Assembly: GCF_054482525.1 (NCBI RefSeq)
Contig: NZ_CM137006.1
Strand: one strand, 5' to 3'
Length of the DNA: 64,000 nucleotides
In this document: piece by piece, positions 44,820 to 58,270 of the stretch
How positions within the stretch are numbered: the first letter of the stretch is position 1
How the letters are laid out: the number at the start of each line of letters is the position of its first letter
The notes under the pieces: model-generated
What the model was told of the DNA's origin: nothing
Database searches by the model: none
What the model saw: the letters and a program-made list of their open reading frames with translations, nothing else
Position numbers and translations under genes: made by a program

Positions 44820-45093
44820 GATGTAAAGAGACTCACGGGTAATGACGATTTCCGCACTGAAAGAAATCGAAATGCAGTTTTGTCAGATATTACGCCTGTG
44901 TGCTGTGTTAATGACAAAAGCAGATAAAAAAGTTGTTATTTTTTTTCATAACATGATCAGTGTCAGATTTTTACCCAATGGAAAACGATGATTTTTTTAT
45001 CAGTTTTGCCGCACTTTGCGCGCTTTTACCGTAATCGCACGGGTGGATAAGCGTTTACAGTTTTCGCAAGCTCGTAAAAGCAGTACAGTGCAC

Positions 45094-45108
45094 CGTAAGA
45101 AAATTACA
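45094..45108. promoter_or_regulatory. candidate HexR operator upstream of zwf
   Basis: CGTAAGAAAATTACA, an inverted repeat GTAA-N5-TTAC resembling the HexR-box palindrome as I recall it, about 50 bp upstream of the zwf ATG. Confidence 0.35.
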
Positions 45109-45156
45109 AGTATACCCTGGCTTAAGTACCGGGATAGTTAACTTAAGGAGAATGAC

Positions 45157-46632
45157 ATGGCGGTAACGCAAACAGCCCAGGCCTGTGACCTGGTCATTTT
45201 CGGCGCGAAAGGCGACCTTGCGCGTCGTAAATTGCTGCCTTCCCTGTATCAACTGGAAAAAGCCGGTCAGCTCAACCCGGACACCCGGATTATCGGCGTA
45301 GGGCGTGCTGACTGGGATAAAGCGGCTTATACCAAAGTTGTCCGCGAGGCGCTCGAAACTTTCATGAAAGAAACCATTGATGAAGGTTTATGGGACACCC
45401 TGAGTGCACGTCTGGATTTTTGTAATCTCGATGTCAATGACACTGCTGCATTCAGCCGTCTCGGCGCGATGCTGGATCAAAAAAATCGTATCACCATTAA
45501 CTACTTTGCCATGCCGCCCAGCACTTTTGGCGCAATTTGCAAAGGGCTTGGCGAGGCAAAACTGAATGCTAAACCGGCACGCGTAGTCATGGAGAAACCG
45601 CTGGGGACGTCGCTGGCGACCTCGCAGGAAATCAATGATCAGGTTGGCGAATACTTCGAGGAGTGCCAGGTTTACCGTATCGACCACTATCTTGGTAAAG
45701 AAACGGTGCTGAACCTGTTGGCGCTGCGTTTTGCTAACTCCCTGTTTGTGAATAACTGGGACAATCGCACCATTGATCATGTTGAGATTACCGTGGCAGA
45801 AGAAGTGGGGATCGAAGGGCGCTGGGGCTATTTTGATAAAGCCGGTCAGATGCGCGACATGATCCAGAACCACCTGCTGCAAATTCTTTGCATGATTGCG
45901 ATGTCTCCGCCGTCTGACCTGAGTGCAGACAGCATCCGCGATGAAAAAGTGAAAGTACTGAAGTCTCTGCGCCGCATTGACCGCTCCAACGTGCGCGAAA
46001 AAACCGTACGCGGGCAATATACTGCGGGCTTCGCCCAGGGCAAAAAAGTGCCGGGATATCTGGAAGAAGAGGGCGCGAACAAGAGCAGCAATACAGAAAC
46101 CTTCGTGGCGATCCGCGTCGACATTGATAACTGGCGCTGGGCCGGTGTGCCATTCTACCTGCGTACTGGTAAACGTCTGCCGACCAAATGTTCTGAAGTC
46201 GTGGTCTATTTCAAAACACCTGAACTGAATCTGTTTAAAGAGTCGTGGCAGGATCTACCGCAAAATAAACTGACTATCCGTCTGCAACCTGATGAAGGCG
46301 TGGATATCCAGGTACTGAATAAAGTTCCTGGCCTTGACCACAAACATAACCTGCAAATCACCAAGCTGGACCTGAGCTATTCAGAAACCTTTAATCAGAC
46401 GCATCTGGCGGATGCCTATGAACGTCTGCTGCTGGAAACCATGCGTGGTATTCAGGCACTGTTTGTTCGTCGTGATGAAGTGGAAGAAGCCTGGAAATGG
46501 GTAGACTCCATTACTGAGGCGTGGGCGATGGACAATGATGCGCCGAAACCGTATCAGGCCGGAACCTGGGGACCCGTTGCCTCGGTGGCAATGATTACCC
46601 GTGATGGTCGTTCCTGGAATGAGTTTGAGTAA
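45157..46632 (+). CDS. zwf: glucose-6-phosphate 1-dehydrogenase
   Basis: 491-aa ORF matching G6PD. Confidence 0.97.
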   Translation: MAVTQTAQACDLVIFGAKGDLARRKLLPSLYQLEKAGQLNPDTRIIGVGRADWDKAAYTKVVREALETFMKETIDEGLWDTLSARLDFCNLDVNDTAAFSRLGAMLDQKNRITINYFAMPPSTFGAICKGLGEAKLNAKPARVVMEKPLGTSLATSQEINDQVGEYFEECQVYRIDHYLGKETVLNLLALRFANSLFVNNWDNRTIDHVEITVAEEVGIEGRWGYFDKAGQMRDMIQNHLLQILCMIAMSPPSDLSADSIRDEKVKVLKSLRRIDRSNVREKTVRGQYTAGFAQGKKVPGYLEEEGANKSSNTETFVAIRVDIDNWRWAGVPFYLRTGKRLPTKCSEVVVYFKTPELNLFKESWQDLPQNKLTIRLQPDEGVDIQVLNKVPGLDHKHNLQITKLDLSYSETFNQTHLADAYERLLLETMRGIQALFVRRDEVEEAWKWVDSITEAWAMDNDAPKPYQAGTWGPVASVAMITRDGRSWNEFE

Positions 46633-46657
46633 TATCTGCGCTTATCCTTTATGGTTA

Positions 46658-46673
46658 TTTTACCGGTAACATG
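46658..46673. promoter_or_regulatory. putative GntR operator (edd-eda regulation)
   Basis: TTTTACCGGTAACATG contains the palindrome TTACCGGTAA and resembles the GntR operator consensus as I recall it. Confidence 0.4.
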
Positions 46674-46711
46674 ATCTTGCACAGATTGTAGAACAATTTT
46701 TACACTTTCAG

Positions 46712-46745
46712 GCCTCGTGCGGATTCACCCACGAGGCTTTTTTTA
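46712..46745 (+). terminator. rho-independent terminator-like hairpin downstream of zwf
   Basis: stem GCCTCGTG/CACGAGGC followed by T8. Confidence 0.55.
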
Positions 46746-46866
46746 TTACACTGACTGAAACGTTTTTGCCCTATGAGCTCCGGTTACAGGCGTTTCAGTC
46801 ATAAATCCTCTGAATGAAGCGCGTTGTGAATCATCCTGCTCTGACAACTCAATTTCAGGAGCCTTT

Positions 46867-48678
46867 ATGAATCCACAATTGTTACGCGTAACAAATCGAA
46901 TCATTGAACGTTCGCGCGAGACTCGCTCTGCTTACCTCGCCCGGATAGAACAAGCGAAAACTTCGACCGTTCATCGTTCGCAGTTGGCATGTGGTAACCT
47001 GGCACACGGTTTCGCTGCCTGCCAGCCAGAAGACAAAGCCTCTTTGAAAAGCATGTTGCGTAACAATATCGCCATCATCACCTCCTATAACGACATGCTC
47101 TCCGCGCACCAGCCTTATGAACACTATCCAGAAATCATTCGTAAAGCCCTGCATGAAGCAAATGCGGTTGGTCAGGTTGCGGGCGGTGTTCCGGCGATGT
47201 GTGATGGTGTCACCCAGGGGCAGGATGGAATGGAATTGTCGCTGTTAAGCCGCGAAGTGATTGCGATGTCTGCGGCGGTGGGGTTGTCCCATAACATGTT
47301 TGATGGTGCGCTGTTCCTCGGAGTGTGCGACAAGATTGTTCCGGGTCTGACTATGGCAGCCCTGTCGTTTGGGCATTTGCCTGCGGTGTTTGTGCCGTCT
47401 GGACCGATGGCAAGCGGTTTGCCAAATAAAGAAAAAGTGCGTATTCGCCAGCTTTATGCCGAAGGTAAAGTGGACCGCATGGCATTACTGGAGTCAGAAG
47501 CCGCGTCTTATCATGCGCCGGGAACATGTACTTTCTACGGTACTGCCAACACCAACCAGATGGTGGTGGAGTTTATGGGGATGCAGTTGCCAGGCTCTTC
47601 TTTTGTTCATCCGGATTCTCCGCTGCGCGATGCTTTGACCGCAGCCGCTGCGCGCCAGGTTACACGCATGACCGGTAATGGTAATGAATGGATGCCGATC
47701 GGTAAGATGATAGATGAGAAAGTGGTGGTGAACGGTATCGTTGCACTGCTGGCGACCGGTGGTTCCACTAACCACACCATGCACCTGGTGGCGATGGCAC
47801 GCGCGGCCGGTATTCAGATTAACTGGGATGACTTCTCTGACCTTTCTGATGTTGTACCGCTGATGGCACGTCTCTACCCGAACGGTCCGGCCGATATTAA
47901 CCACTTCCAGGCGGCAGGTGGCGTACCGGTTCTGGTGCGTGAACTGCTCAAAGCAGGCCTGCTGCATGAAGATGTCAATACGGTGGCAGGCTTTGGTCTG
48001 TCTCGTTATACCCTTGAACCATGGCTGAATAATGGTGAACTGGACTGGCGGGAAGGGGCGGAAAAATCACTCGACAGCAATGTGATCGCTTCCTTCGAAC
48101 AACCTTTCTCTCATCATGGTGGGACAAAAGTGTTAAGCGGTAACCTGGGCCGTGCGGTTATGAAAACCTCTGCCGTGCCGGTTGAGAACCAGGTGATTGA
48201 AGCGCCTGCGGTTGTTTTTGAAAGCCAGCATGACGTTATGCCGGCCTTTGAAGCGGGTTTGCTGGACCGCGATTGTGTCGTTGTTGTCCGTCATCAGGGG
48301 CCAAAAGCGAACGGAATGCCAGAATTACATAAACTCATGCCGCCACTTGGTGTATTATTGGACCGGTGTTTCAAAATTGCGTTAGTTACTGATGGACGAC
48401 TCTCCGGCGCTTCAGGTAAAGTGCCGTCAGCTATCCACGTAACACCAGAAGCCTACGATGGCGGGCTGCTGGCAAAAGTGCGCGACGGGGACATCATTCG
48501 TGTGAATGGACAGACAGGCGAACTGACGCTGCTGGTAGACGAAGCGGAACTGGCTGCTCGCGAACCACACATTCCTGACCTGAGCGCGTCACGCGTGGGA
48601 ACAGGACGTGAATTATTCAGCGCCTTGCGTGAAAAACTGTCCGGTGCCGAACAGGGCGCAACCTGTATCACTTTTTAA
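46867..48678 (+). CDS. edd: phosphogluconate dehydratase (Entner-Doudoroff)
   Basis: 603-aa ORF matching Edd. Confidence 0.97.
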   Translation: MNPQLLRVTNRIIERSRETRSAYLARIEQAKTSTVHRSQLACGNLAHGFAACQPEDKASLKSMLRNNIAIITSYNDMLSAHQPYEHYPEIIRKALHEANAVGQVAGGVPAMCDGVTQGQDGMELSLLSREVIAMSAAVGLSHNMFDGALFLGVCDKIVPGLTMAALSFGHLPAVFVPSGPMASGLPNKEKVRIRQLYAEGKVDRMALLESEAASYHAPGTCTFYGTANTNQMVVEFMGMQLPGSSFVHPDSPLRDALTAAAARQVTRMTGNGNEWMPIGKMIDEKVVVNGIVALLATGGSTNHTMHLVAMARAAGIQINWDDFSDLSDVVPLMARLYPNGPADINHFQAAGGVPVLVRELLKAGLLHEDVNTVAGFGLSRYTLEPWLNNGELDWREGAEKSLDSNVIASFEQPFSHHGGTKVLSGNLGRAVMKTSAVPVENQVIEAPAVVFESQHDVMPAFEAGLLDRDCVVVVRHQGPKANGMPELHKLMPPLGVLLDRCFKIALVTDGRLSGASGKVPSAIHVTPEAYDGGLLAKVRDGDIIRVNGQTGELTLLVDEAELAAREPHIPDLSASRVGTGRELFSALREKLSGAEQGATCITF

Positions 48679-48714
48679 GACGACAAATTTGTAATCAGGC
48701 GAGAGAAAACTCTG

Positions 48715-49356
48715 ATGAAAAACTGGAAAACAAGTGCAGAATCAATCCTGACCACCGGCCCGGTTGTACCGGTTATCGTGGTAAAAAAACTGGAACACGC
48801 GGTGCCGATGGCAAAAGCGTTGGTTGCTGGTGGGGTGCGCGTTCTGGAAGTGACTCTGCGTACCGAGTGTGCAGTTGACGCTATCCGTGCTATCGCCAAA
48901 GAAGTGCCTGAAGCGATTGTGGGTGCCGGTACGGTGCTGAATCCACAGCAGCTGGCAGAAGTCACCGAAGCGGGTGCACAGTTCGCAATTAGCCCGGGGC
49001 TGACCGAGCCGCTGCTGAAGGCTGCTACCGAAGGGACTATTCCTCTGATTCCGGGGATCAGCACTGTTTCCGAACTGATGCTGGGTATGGACTACGGTTT
49101 GAAAGAGTTCAAATTCTTCCCGGCTGAAGCTAACGGCGGTGTGAAAGCCCTGCAGGCGATCGCGGGTCCGTTCTCCCAGGTCCGTTTCTGCCCGACGGGT
49201 GGTATTTCTCCGGCTAACTACCGTGACTACCTGGCGCTGAAAAGCGTGCTGTGCATCGGTGGTTCCTGGCTGGTTCCGGCAGATGCGCTGGAAGCGGGCG
49301 ATTACGACCGCATTACTAAGCTGGCGCGTGAAGCTGTAGAAGGCGCTAAGCTGTAA
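48715..49356 (+). CDS. eda: KDPG / KHG aldolase
   Basis: 213-aa ORF matching Eda. Confidence 0.97.
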
Positions 49357-49364
49357 AAGTCAAA

Positions 49365-49392
49365 ATGCCCGATCGAGGATCGGGCATTTTTG
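49365..49392. terminator. bidirectional rho-independent terminator between eda and purT
   Basis: 10-bp perfect stem ATGCCCGATC/GATCGGGCAT with a T-run after and an A-run before. Confidence 0.7.
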
Positions 49393-49410
49393 TAGCGTTT
49401 TTCGCCGGGG

Positions 49411-50589
49411 TTAAGCTTGTACTTTTATCTGTGCTGCGGCGTGCTTTGCGCGCTCAATCGCTTCATCAACACTCTCTGCAGTAGCCAGTGCCACCCCCAG
49501 ACGACGGCTGCCATCAATTTCCGGCTTACCAAATAAACGAATCTGTAGGCCTGCGCCTACGGCATTCTGCACATTATCAAACGTGACATTCTGACTGGTC
49601 AGTTGTGGCAGGATAACGGCAGAAGCTGCAGGACCATACTGACGGATCCCGCCAACCGGAAGTCCGAGGAAGGCACGTACATGCAGGGCAAACTCTGAGA
49701 GATCCTGAGAAATTAACGTCACCATCCCGGTATCATGTGGACGAGGGGAGACCTCACTGAAAATCACCTCATCACCACAGACAAACAGCTCGACACCAAA
49801 CAGACCATAACCGCCCAGTGCCAGCACCACTTTACGGGCAATCTCTTGCGCACGTTCAAGGGCAAGCTGGCTCATTTGCTGTGGTTGCCAGGATTCACGG
49901 TAGTCGCCATCTTCCTGGCGATGACCTACTGGTGCACAGAAATGGACGCCATCCACCGCGCTGACGGTTAGCAGGGTAATTTCGAAGTCAAACTTAACGA
50001 CGCCTTCAACAATTACGCGGCCCGCTCCGGCGCGACCGCCTTGCTGAGCGTACTCCCATGCATGAGCAAGTTGCTCTGCAGAACGAATAAACGTCTGCCC
50101 CTTGCCGGAGGAACTCATCACCGGTTTAACAATGCAGGGATAGCCGATTTCAGCAACCGCCTCGCGGAAAAGGTTTTCGTTATCGGCAAAACGATAAGTG
50201 GAAGTGGGCAGCTGCAGCTCTTCTGCCGCCAGGCGACGGATACCCTCGCGATTCATCGTTAATTTCGTTGCGCGCGCGCAGGGGACAACATTCAGTCCTT
50301 CCTCTTCAAGTTGGATCAGCATATCGGTGGCAATAGCTTCGATCTCCGGCACGATATAATGTGGTTTTTCCAGTTCAACCACACGGCGTAATGCATCACC
50401 ATCAAGCATATTAATGACATGGGAGCGATGCGCGACATGCATGGCTGGTGCGTCGGCATAGCGATCAACGGCAATCACTTCTACGCCGAGACGCTGACAC
50501 TCGATTGCCACTTCTTTACCCAGTTCACCGGAGCCTAATAACATCACGCGAGTTGCTGCCGGACGCAGCGCAGTGCCTAATAACGTCAT
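49411..50589 (-). CDS. purT: formate-dependent phosphoribosylglycinamide formyltransferase PurT
   Basis: 392-aa ORF, ATP-grasp family, matches PurT. Confidence 0.95.
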   Translation of the reverse strand: MTLLGTALRPAATRVMLLGSGELGKEVAIECQRLGVEVIAVDRYADAPAMHVAHRSHVINMLDGDALRRVVELEKPHYIVPEIEAIATDMLIQLEEEGLNVVPCARATKLTMNREGIRRLAAEELQLPTSTYRFADNENLFREAVAEIGYPCIVKPVMSSSGKGQTFIRSAEQLAHAWEYAQQGGRAGAGRVIVEGVVKFDFEITLLTVSAVDGVHFCAPVGHRQEDGDYRESWQPQQMSQLALERAQEIARKVVLALGGYGLFGVELFVCGDEVIFSEVSPRPHDTGMVTLISQDLSEFALHVRAFLGLPVGGIRQYGPAASAVILPQLTSQNVTFDNVQNAVGAGLQIRLFGKPEIDGSRRLGVALATAESVDEAIERAKHAAAQIKVQA

Positions 50590-50626
50590 AACGAATATCC
50601 CCTGATTAATTCCGCGCGCAGTATAA

Positions 50627-50642
50627 ACGAAAACGTTTGCGC
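50627..50642. promoter_or_regulatory. PurR box upstream of purT
   Basis: reverse complement GCGCAAACGTTTTCGT matches the PurR operator consensus ACGCAAACGTTTTCNT; 38-53 bp upstream of the purT start. Confidence 0.75.
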
Positions 50643-50687
50643 GTGTCTTTATTGCTGATGTTGATTTCCCAACCGAAAAGAAATATA

Positions 50688-50703
50688 CTGTATAAAATCA
50701 CAG
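50688..50703. promoter_or_regulatory. LexA (SOS) box upstream of yebG
   Basis: CTGTATAAAATCACAG fits CTGT-N8-ACAG, 20 bp upstream of the yebG ATG. Confidence 0.8.
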
Positions 50704-50722
50704 TTATTATGAGAGGCTGCAA

Positions 50723-51013
50723 ATGGCGGTTGAAGTTAAATACGTAGTCATTCGTGAGGGCGAAGAGAAAATGTCGTTTACCAGCAAAAAGGAAGCCGAT
50801 GCTTATGACAAAATGCTTGATACGGCGGATCTGCTTGACACCTGGCTGACAAATTCTCCAGTGCAAATGGAAGACGAGCAACGTGAAGCCCTTTCGCTAT
50901 GGCTGGCAGAACAAAAAGATGTGCTTAGCACCATTCTGAAAACCGGCAAATTACCGTCCCCACAGGTCGTCGGTGCTGAATCCGAAGAGGAAGATGCCTC
51001 ACACGCGGCCTGA
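50723..51013 (+). CDS. yebG: SOS-inducible protein YebG
   Basis: 96-aa ORF MAVEVKYVVIREGEEKMSFTSKKEADAYDK. Confidence 0.9.
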   Translation: MAVEVKYVVIREGEEKMSFTSKKEADAYDKMLDTADLLDTWLTNSPVQMEDEQREALSLWLAEQKDVLSTILKTGKLPSPQVVGAESEEEDASHAA

Positions 51014-51031
51014 AGCAACTTGCGCTCCTGA

Positions 51032-51436
<405 letters not shown>

Positions 51437-51439
51437 TGG

Positions 51440-51560
51440 CTTCTGATAATTCGATTGACCGTTGGCGGATGCGGCGCGAATGCCTTGTCCGCCCCACAAC
51501 GCACCACAATCGTAGGCCTGAGAAGACGCAACAGCGTCGCATCGGGCAATCAGCATCAAA
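51440..51560. repeat. REP-like palindromic elements between yebF and yebE
   Basis: GGATGCGGCGCGAATGCCTTGTCCGCC and CGTAGGCCTGAGAAGACGCAACAGCGTCGCATCGGGC motifs. Confidence 0.5.
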
Positions 51561-51762
51561 CAGTGCTACTCAAAACGTCAAACTACTTTCACCTAAAATA
51601 CCCTTATCACCTGATATACAGTGAACACCTTACCTGGCGCGAATTTCTTTGAATAACGGCCTACCGACCCGCTTATTTGCGCATCTTTTGTCTCGATATA
51701 CATTTTCTGACATCCTCATCCGCTATGCTACAGGCACTAAAAATGGTTATTGAGGAGCAAAT

Positions 51763-52422
51763 ATGGCTAACTGGTTAAATCAACTGCAATCCTTGCTTGG
51801 GCAAAGCAGTTCTTCTGCCTCCTCGTCTGCGGATCAGGGATTGGGCAAACTTTTAGTGCCAGGCGCATTAGGCGGACTGGCTGGGCTGCTGGTCGCAAAT
51901 AAATCAGCACGTAAACTTCTTACGAAATATGGCACCAACGCGTTACTGGTTGGCGGCGGAGCGGTCGCGGGTACGGTGCTGTGGAATAAATACAAAGATA
52001 AAATTCGCGCGGCGCATCAGGACGAACCGCAGTTTGGCGCGCAAAGTACGCCGCTGGATGAGCGTACGGAACGTTTGATCCTTGCGCTGGTCTTTGCCGC
52101 TAAAAGTGATGGTCATATTGATGCCAAAGAACGTGCGGCAATCGACCTGCAATTGCGTGAAGCCGGCGTGGAAGAACAGGGGCGTGTACTCATTGAGCAG
52201 GCAATCGAACAACCGCTGGATCCACAACGCCTGGCTACCGGGGTCCGCAATGAAGAAGAGGCGCTGGAAATCTATTTCCTGAGCTGCGCGGCTATTGATA
52301 TTGACCATTTTATGGAACGCAGTTACCTGAATGCACTGGGTGACGCGCTGAAAATCCCCCAGGATGTTCGTGACGGCATTGAACGCGATCTCGAACAGCA
52401 AAAACGTACTTTGGCGGAATAA
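51763..52422 (+). CDS. yebE: DUF533-family inner membrane protein YebE
   Basis: 219-aa ORF matching YebE. Confidence 0.9.
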   Translation: MANWLNQLQSLLGQSSSSASSSADQGLGKLLVPGALGGLAGLLVANKSARKLLTKYGTNALLVGGGAVAGTVLWNKYKDKIRAAHQDEPQFGAQSTPLDERTERLILALVFAAKSDGHIDAKERAAIDLQLREAGVEEQGRVLIEQAIEQPLDPQRLATGVRNEEEALEIYFLSCAAIDIDHFMERSYLNALGDALKIPQDVRDGIERDLEQQKRTLAE

Positions 52423-52585
52423 TTCCGCTCTCTGGATAGCCTGAAGTTGACTATTTCGGGCTATCCAGAACCGCACAGCCATTTGAGCAGGCTGATTTTC
52501 TCTGTCTGCATAACATTCGATATCCGCGCCATTACCTGTCATCATGTGACTGCTCCCCGCCCTGTCGGGCGAGGCTTCCCACTTC

Positions 52586-53762
52586 TTAAGCCGCAACCGT
52601 CTGTGTGACGGATTTACGCTGGCCTCCATGGGCAGAAACGACGAGTCCCGCCGCTTGTAATTCCAGTATGCCCTTGCGTTTGATGTTGAGCGCCGCGTTG
52701 ATATCGCGGTCATGTTCAACTCCACACTCTGGACACTGCCAGATGCGCTTATGTAATGGCATCTCCGACATTTTGTGACAGCAGCAGTGGCAGGTCTTCG
52801 AACTGGCGAACCATTGATCCAGTTTCACCAGATGCACACCTTTCTCTGTTGCTTTGTATTCCAGTTTTGTGATGAATCCAGACCATCCAGCATCGCCTAT
52901 CGCACGAGCCAGATGGTGATTTTTCATCATATTTGCCGTTTTCAATGTCTCGACAATTACCGCTTGGTTTTCGTCAACAATTGCGCGAGATAACTTGTGC
53001 TGGAAATCGGCACGGGCACTGGCTACCCGTTCGTGAACGGCTGCAAGTTGTATTCTGGCTTTGCGCCTGTTTGCGCTCCCTTTTTTCTTACGGGACAGTG
53101 CTTCCTGCTTCCTGCTTCCGGCGCAGGTTGCGACTTGCATTGATTAGGTGGCGGGGACTGGCAATTTTATTGCCGTCCGATTTGATGACAAAATGCGCCA
53201 GCCCCATATCCAGCCCTGTCACATTTGATATCAGTGCGGGCTTTGCCGGCGCTTCCATCCCGTCGTCACAGAGTAACGACGCGTAGTATTTCCCGGTTGC
53301 GCTGCGGCTCAACGTGATACTTTTCAGCATTCCCGTAATTTCACGATGTAAACGCGCTTCAATCGGCAAGATTTTCGGTATTTTTATCGCACCATCAAGG
53401 ACTTTTATGCCAACACAATGATAGCTCGATTGTCTGCCGTGTTTACTTTTAAAGGTTGGTTTACCTGCTTTCAGTTTCGGATTGAAAAAGTTAGAAAAAG
53501 CCACGTCGAGGTTAATTACCGCCTGCTGCAACGCAATAGAATCATATTCTTTAAGCCATCCATACCGGCGGGATTTCTTCGCCACTGCAAGCAGTGGTTT
53601 GAGGTCTTTACGCGGGTTTAAATTTACGCGGTGCCGCTGGTAAGAATGTTTCTTGATATGCAGAGCTTTGTTGTACGCAAAACGCACTGCACCGAACTGG
53701 GCGTTGATAAATTCAGCCTGTTCTGGTGTCGGATAGATGCGTACTTTTGTTGCTCTTAACAT
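52586..53762 (-). pseudogene. tnpB: tnpB (IS605 OrfB / RNA-guided nuclease family), split by a frameshift
   Basis: ORF 53088..53762 (N-terminal part, HTH and RuvC-I GLDMGL) and ORF 52586..53140 (RuvC-II IVETL, zinc finger CHCC...CPEC, RuvC-III DRDINAA) are adjacent and in different frames; the break coincides with three tandem copies of a 7-bp unit at 53100..53120. Confidence 0.75.
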
Positions 53763-53818
53763 AATCAGCGCTCATTGATATAATGCTTTTATTTTAACAC
53801 TTTAGGTGAATATATCAA

Positions 53819-54232
53819 TTGAGTAATCATGATGATTTACTGGCGGGATTTCTCCGCAAACGACACAGTGTCAGTAAGCTGGTTGTGCACCTTATTTTTA
53901 CGACAAAGTATCGACGCAAACTATTCGACAGTCAGATGATCGCTCAGTTGCGTGAGGCTTTTGGCTCCGCTGCGGCAAAGCTTGAATGCGAAATTATTGA
54001 GATGGACGGGGAGCCAGACCATGTACACCTGCTGGTTGCCTACCCGCCAAAACTGGCGGTCAGTGTGATGGTCAATAATTTAAAATCGGTATCATCACGT
54101 TTGCTACGCCAGCAGAACGCGCATTTACGTATGCAGAGTAAAACGGGGCTTTTGTGGTCGAGATCGTACTTTGTCTGTAGCACCGGAGAGGCAACGATTG
54201 AAACGCTCAGAGCCTACGTTCAGAGTCAGTAA
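53819..54232 (+). CDS. tnpA: IS200/IS605-family Y1 (HUH) transposase TnpA
   Basis: 137-aa ORF with HVHLL (HUH) motif and C-terminal catalytic Tyr context WSRSYF; apparent TTG start 9 nt downstream of an AGGTGA ribosome-binding site. Confidence 0.7.
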   Translation: MSNHDDLLAGFLRKRHSVSKLVVHLIFTTKYRRKLFDSQMIAQLREAFGSAAAKLECEIIEMDGEPDHVHLLVAYPPKLAVSVMVNNLKSVSSRLLRQQNAHLRMQSKTGLLWSRSYFVCSTGEATIETLRAYVQSQ

Positions 54233-54373
54233 ACACCTGATTGATCTTTAAAGCCCTGCGGGCTTTTCGCCTTATATCCCCGCCCGCATTGGGCGAGGGT
54301 TTACGGCGTTTTTCGCTAAGCAATGACTACCCTGTTTCGCTTGCATCTCCGGTGAGTTTTGCCACCCTTATAA

Positions 54374-57120
<2,747 letters not shown>

Positions 57121-57143
57121 GGCATGCTCCAGGCCGAAAAAGC

Positions 57144-57800
57144 CTAGCGTAATGGAATGATATCGCCTTGCCAACCCTGTGATGAACGCTGACCGACTAA
57201 CAATAATGAACCACGATCGGCGCGAACGATGAGACGACCATGTTCATCCCATAGTGCACTGTTACCACGGGCATTTGCCATCAGCACGGCAATTGAGTAC
57301 TGATGTGAAAAAAATTGTAAGCGACGGGCCGACGCCAGCAGGTCGGGTTCTCCCAGACATTGCCCTGTCGTAAACAGTGAACAGGTCGGGTCCATATCCA
57401 TACCTTCCGGTTGTTCATCGACCACCGTGATGGTTCTGGAACGACGGCCCAGACATGCACCATGACTCTGATGGTAGATCCCTGGTGTTTTTCGCCACGG
57501 TGCGAACACCGCAATTCCACGAATAAAGCGATCGTTATATTCAACGGGAAGGCCGGCAATGATGGTCATTCGCCAGGTCGTTGCAGCATAACAAAGCGGG
57601 TCTAACAGCGAGAGATCGGGTGGGGCAGGAAGGGCACGTCGCGAATAATCACACCCCAGTAAAGAAAGCGATGGAAAAACTAACAGCTGACATTGTTGCC
57701 TGGCGGCGGCCCTCACAAACTCCAGATGATGAGCTACCTGTTCGGTCAGTGAGGTTTTACGAGGCTCATATTGCGCTGCTGCAACTTTCCAGAACGACAT
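57144..57800 (-). CDS. yobB: carbon-nitrogen hydrolase family protein YobB
   Basis: 218-aa ORF immediately upstream of exoX on the same strand. Confidence 0.85.
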   Translation of the reverse strand: MSFWKVAAAQYEPRKTSLTEQVAHHLEFVRAAARQQCQLLVFPSLSLLGCDYSRRALPAPPDLSLLDPLCYAATTWRMTIIAGLPVEYNDRFIRGIAVFAPWRKTPGIYHQSHGACLGRRSRTITVVDEQPEGMDMDPTCSLFTTGQCLGEPDLLASARRLQFFSHQYSIAVLMANARGNSALWDEHGRLIVRADRGSLLLVGQRSSQGWQGDIIPLR

Positions 57801-57901
57801 AATGACTTCCTTTTCAAAATGACTGCAAATTATGGGTGCGGTTTAGAAAATACTCATAATTTAGCAGGCGTTATGTAAGAAAGTGTAACTCTGTATAAGT
57901 T

Positions 57902-58132
57902 TTATTTAAGTTTGGGCTCGTAAGGTAAACGTGACAGATTGACCGAAGCCAAACGGTGGGCGATAAGCCGCTCGCGAAACCAGCTGCGCAAATGTTCAGG
58001 CTGTTCACGTTCAACCGCTTCAGCGATCACCGGCATATTGTAGCGTTCTTTAAATGCCACCCCGGCCGCCGCCAAATCGACATTCACTTTATCCATTTCT
58101 GTTTGATCCAGTTTAGCCAGATTCTTCAGCAT
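57902..58132 (-). CDS. holE: DNA polymerase III theta subunit
   Basis: ORF 57902..58219; the ATG at 58132 gives the 76-aa [35 protein letters not shown] form. Confidence 0.9.
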
Positions 58133-58270
58133 TCTTAATCTCCTCATCATTCGCGGGCAAAAGTTACTAAGAGTGAGCCTGGATGGCAAGCCGGAATTGA
58201 TGATCCTCGACTCAGACATTAGACAAGGTTATGCTCTGTAAAAAAGTTATTACAAAAAGGAATAGATAAT

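Larger units (their letters stand above)
52536..54312 (-). mobile_element. IS200/IS605-family insertion sequence (divergent tnpA and tnpB); ends approximate
   Basis: Y1/HUH transposase gene plus TnpB gene; similar imperfect hairpins CCCCGCCC-loop-GGGCGAGG near both ends (52555..52574 and 54277..54298), same orientation; a TTAC tetranucleotide lies exactly 19 nt 5' of the left hairpin; no such element sits between yebE and ptrB in K-12 as I recall it. Confidence 0.6.

Noticed and set aside
51943-52725. 260-aa minus-strand ORF overlapping yebE and running into the IS end
   Set aside because: Antisense to yebE and crossing the IS junction; most likely spurious.
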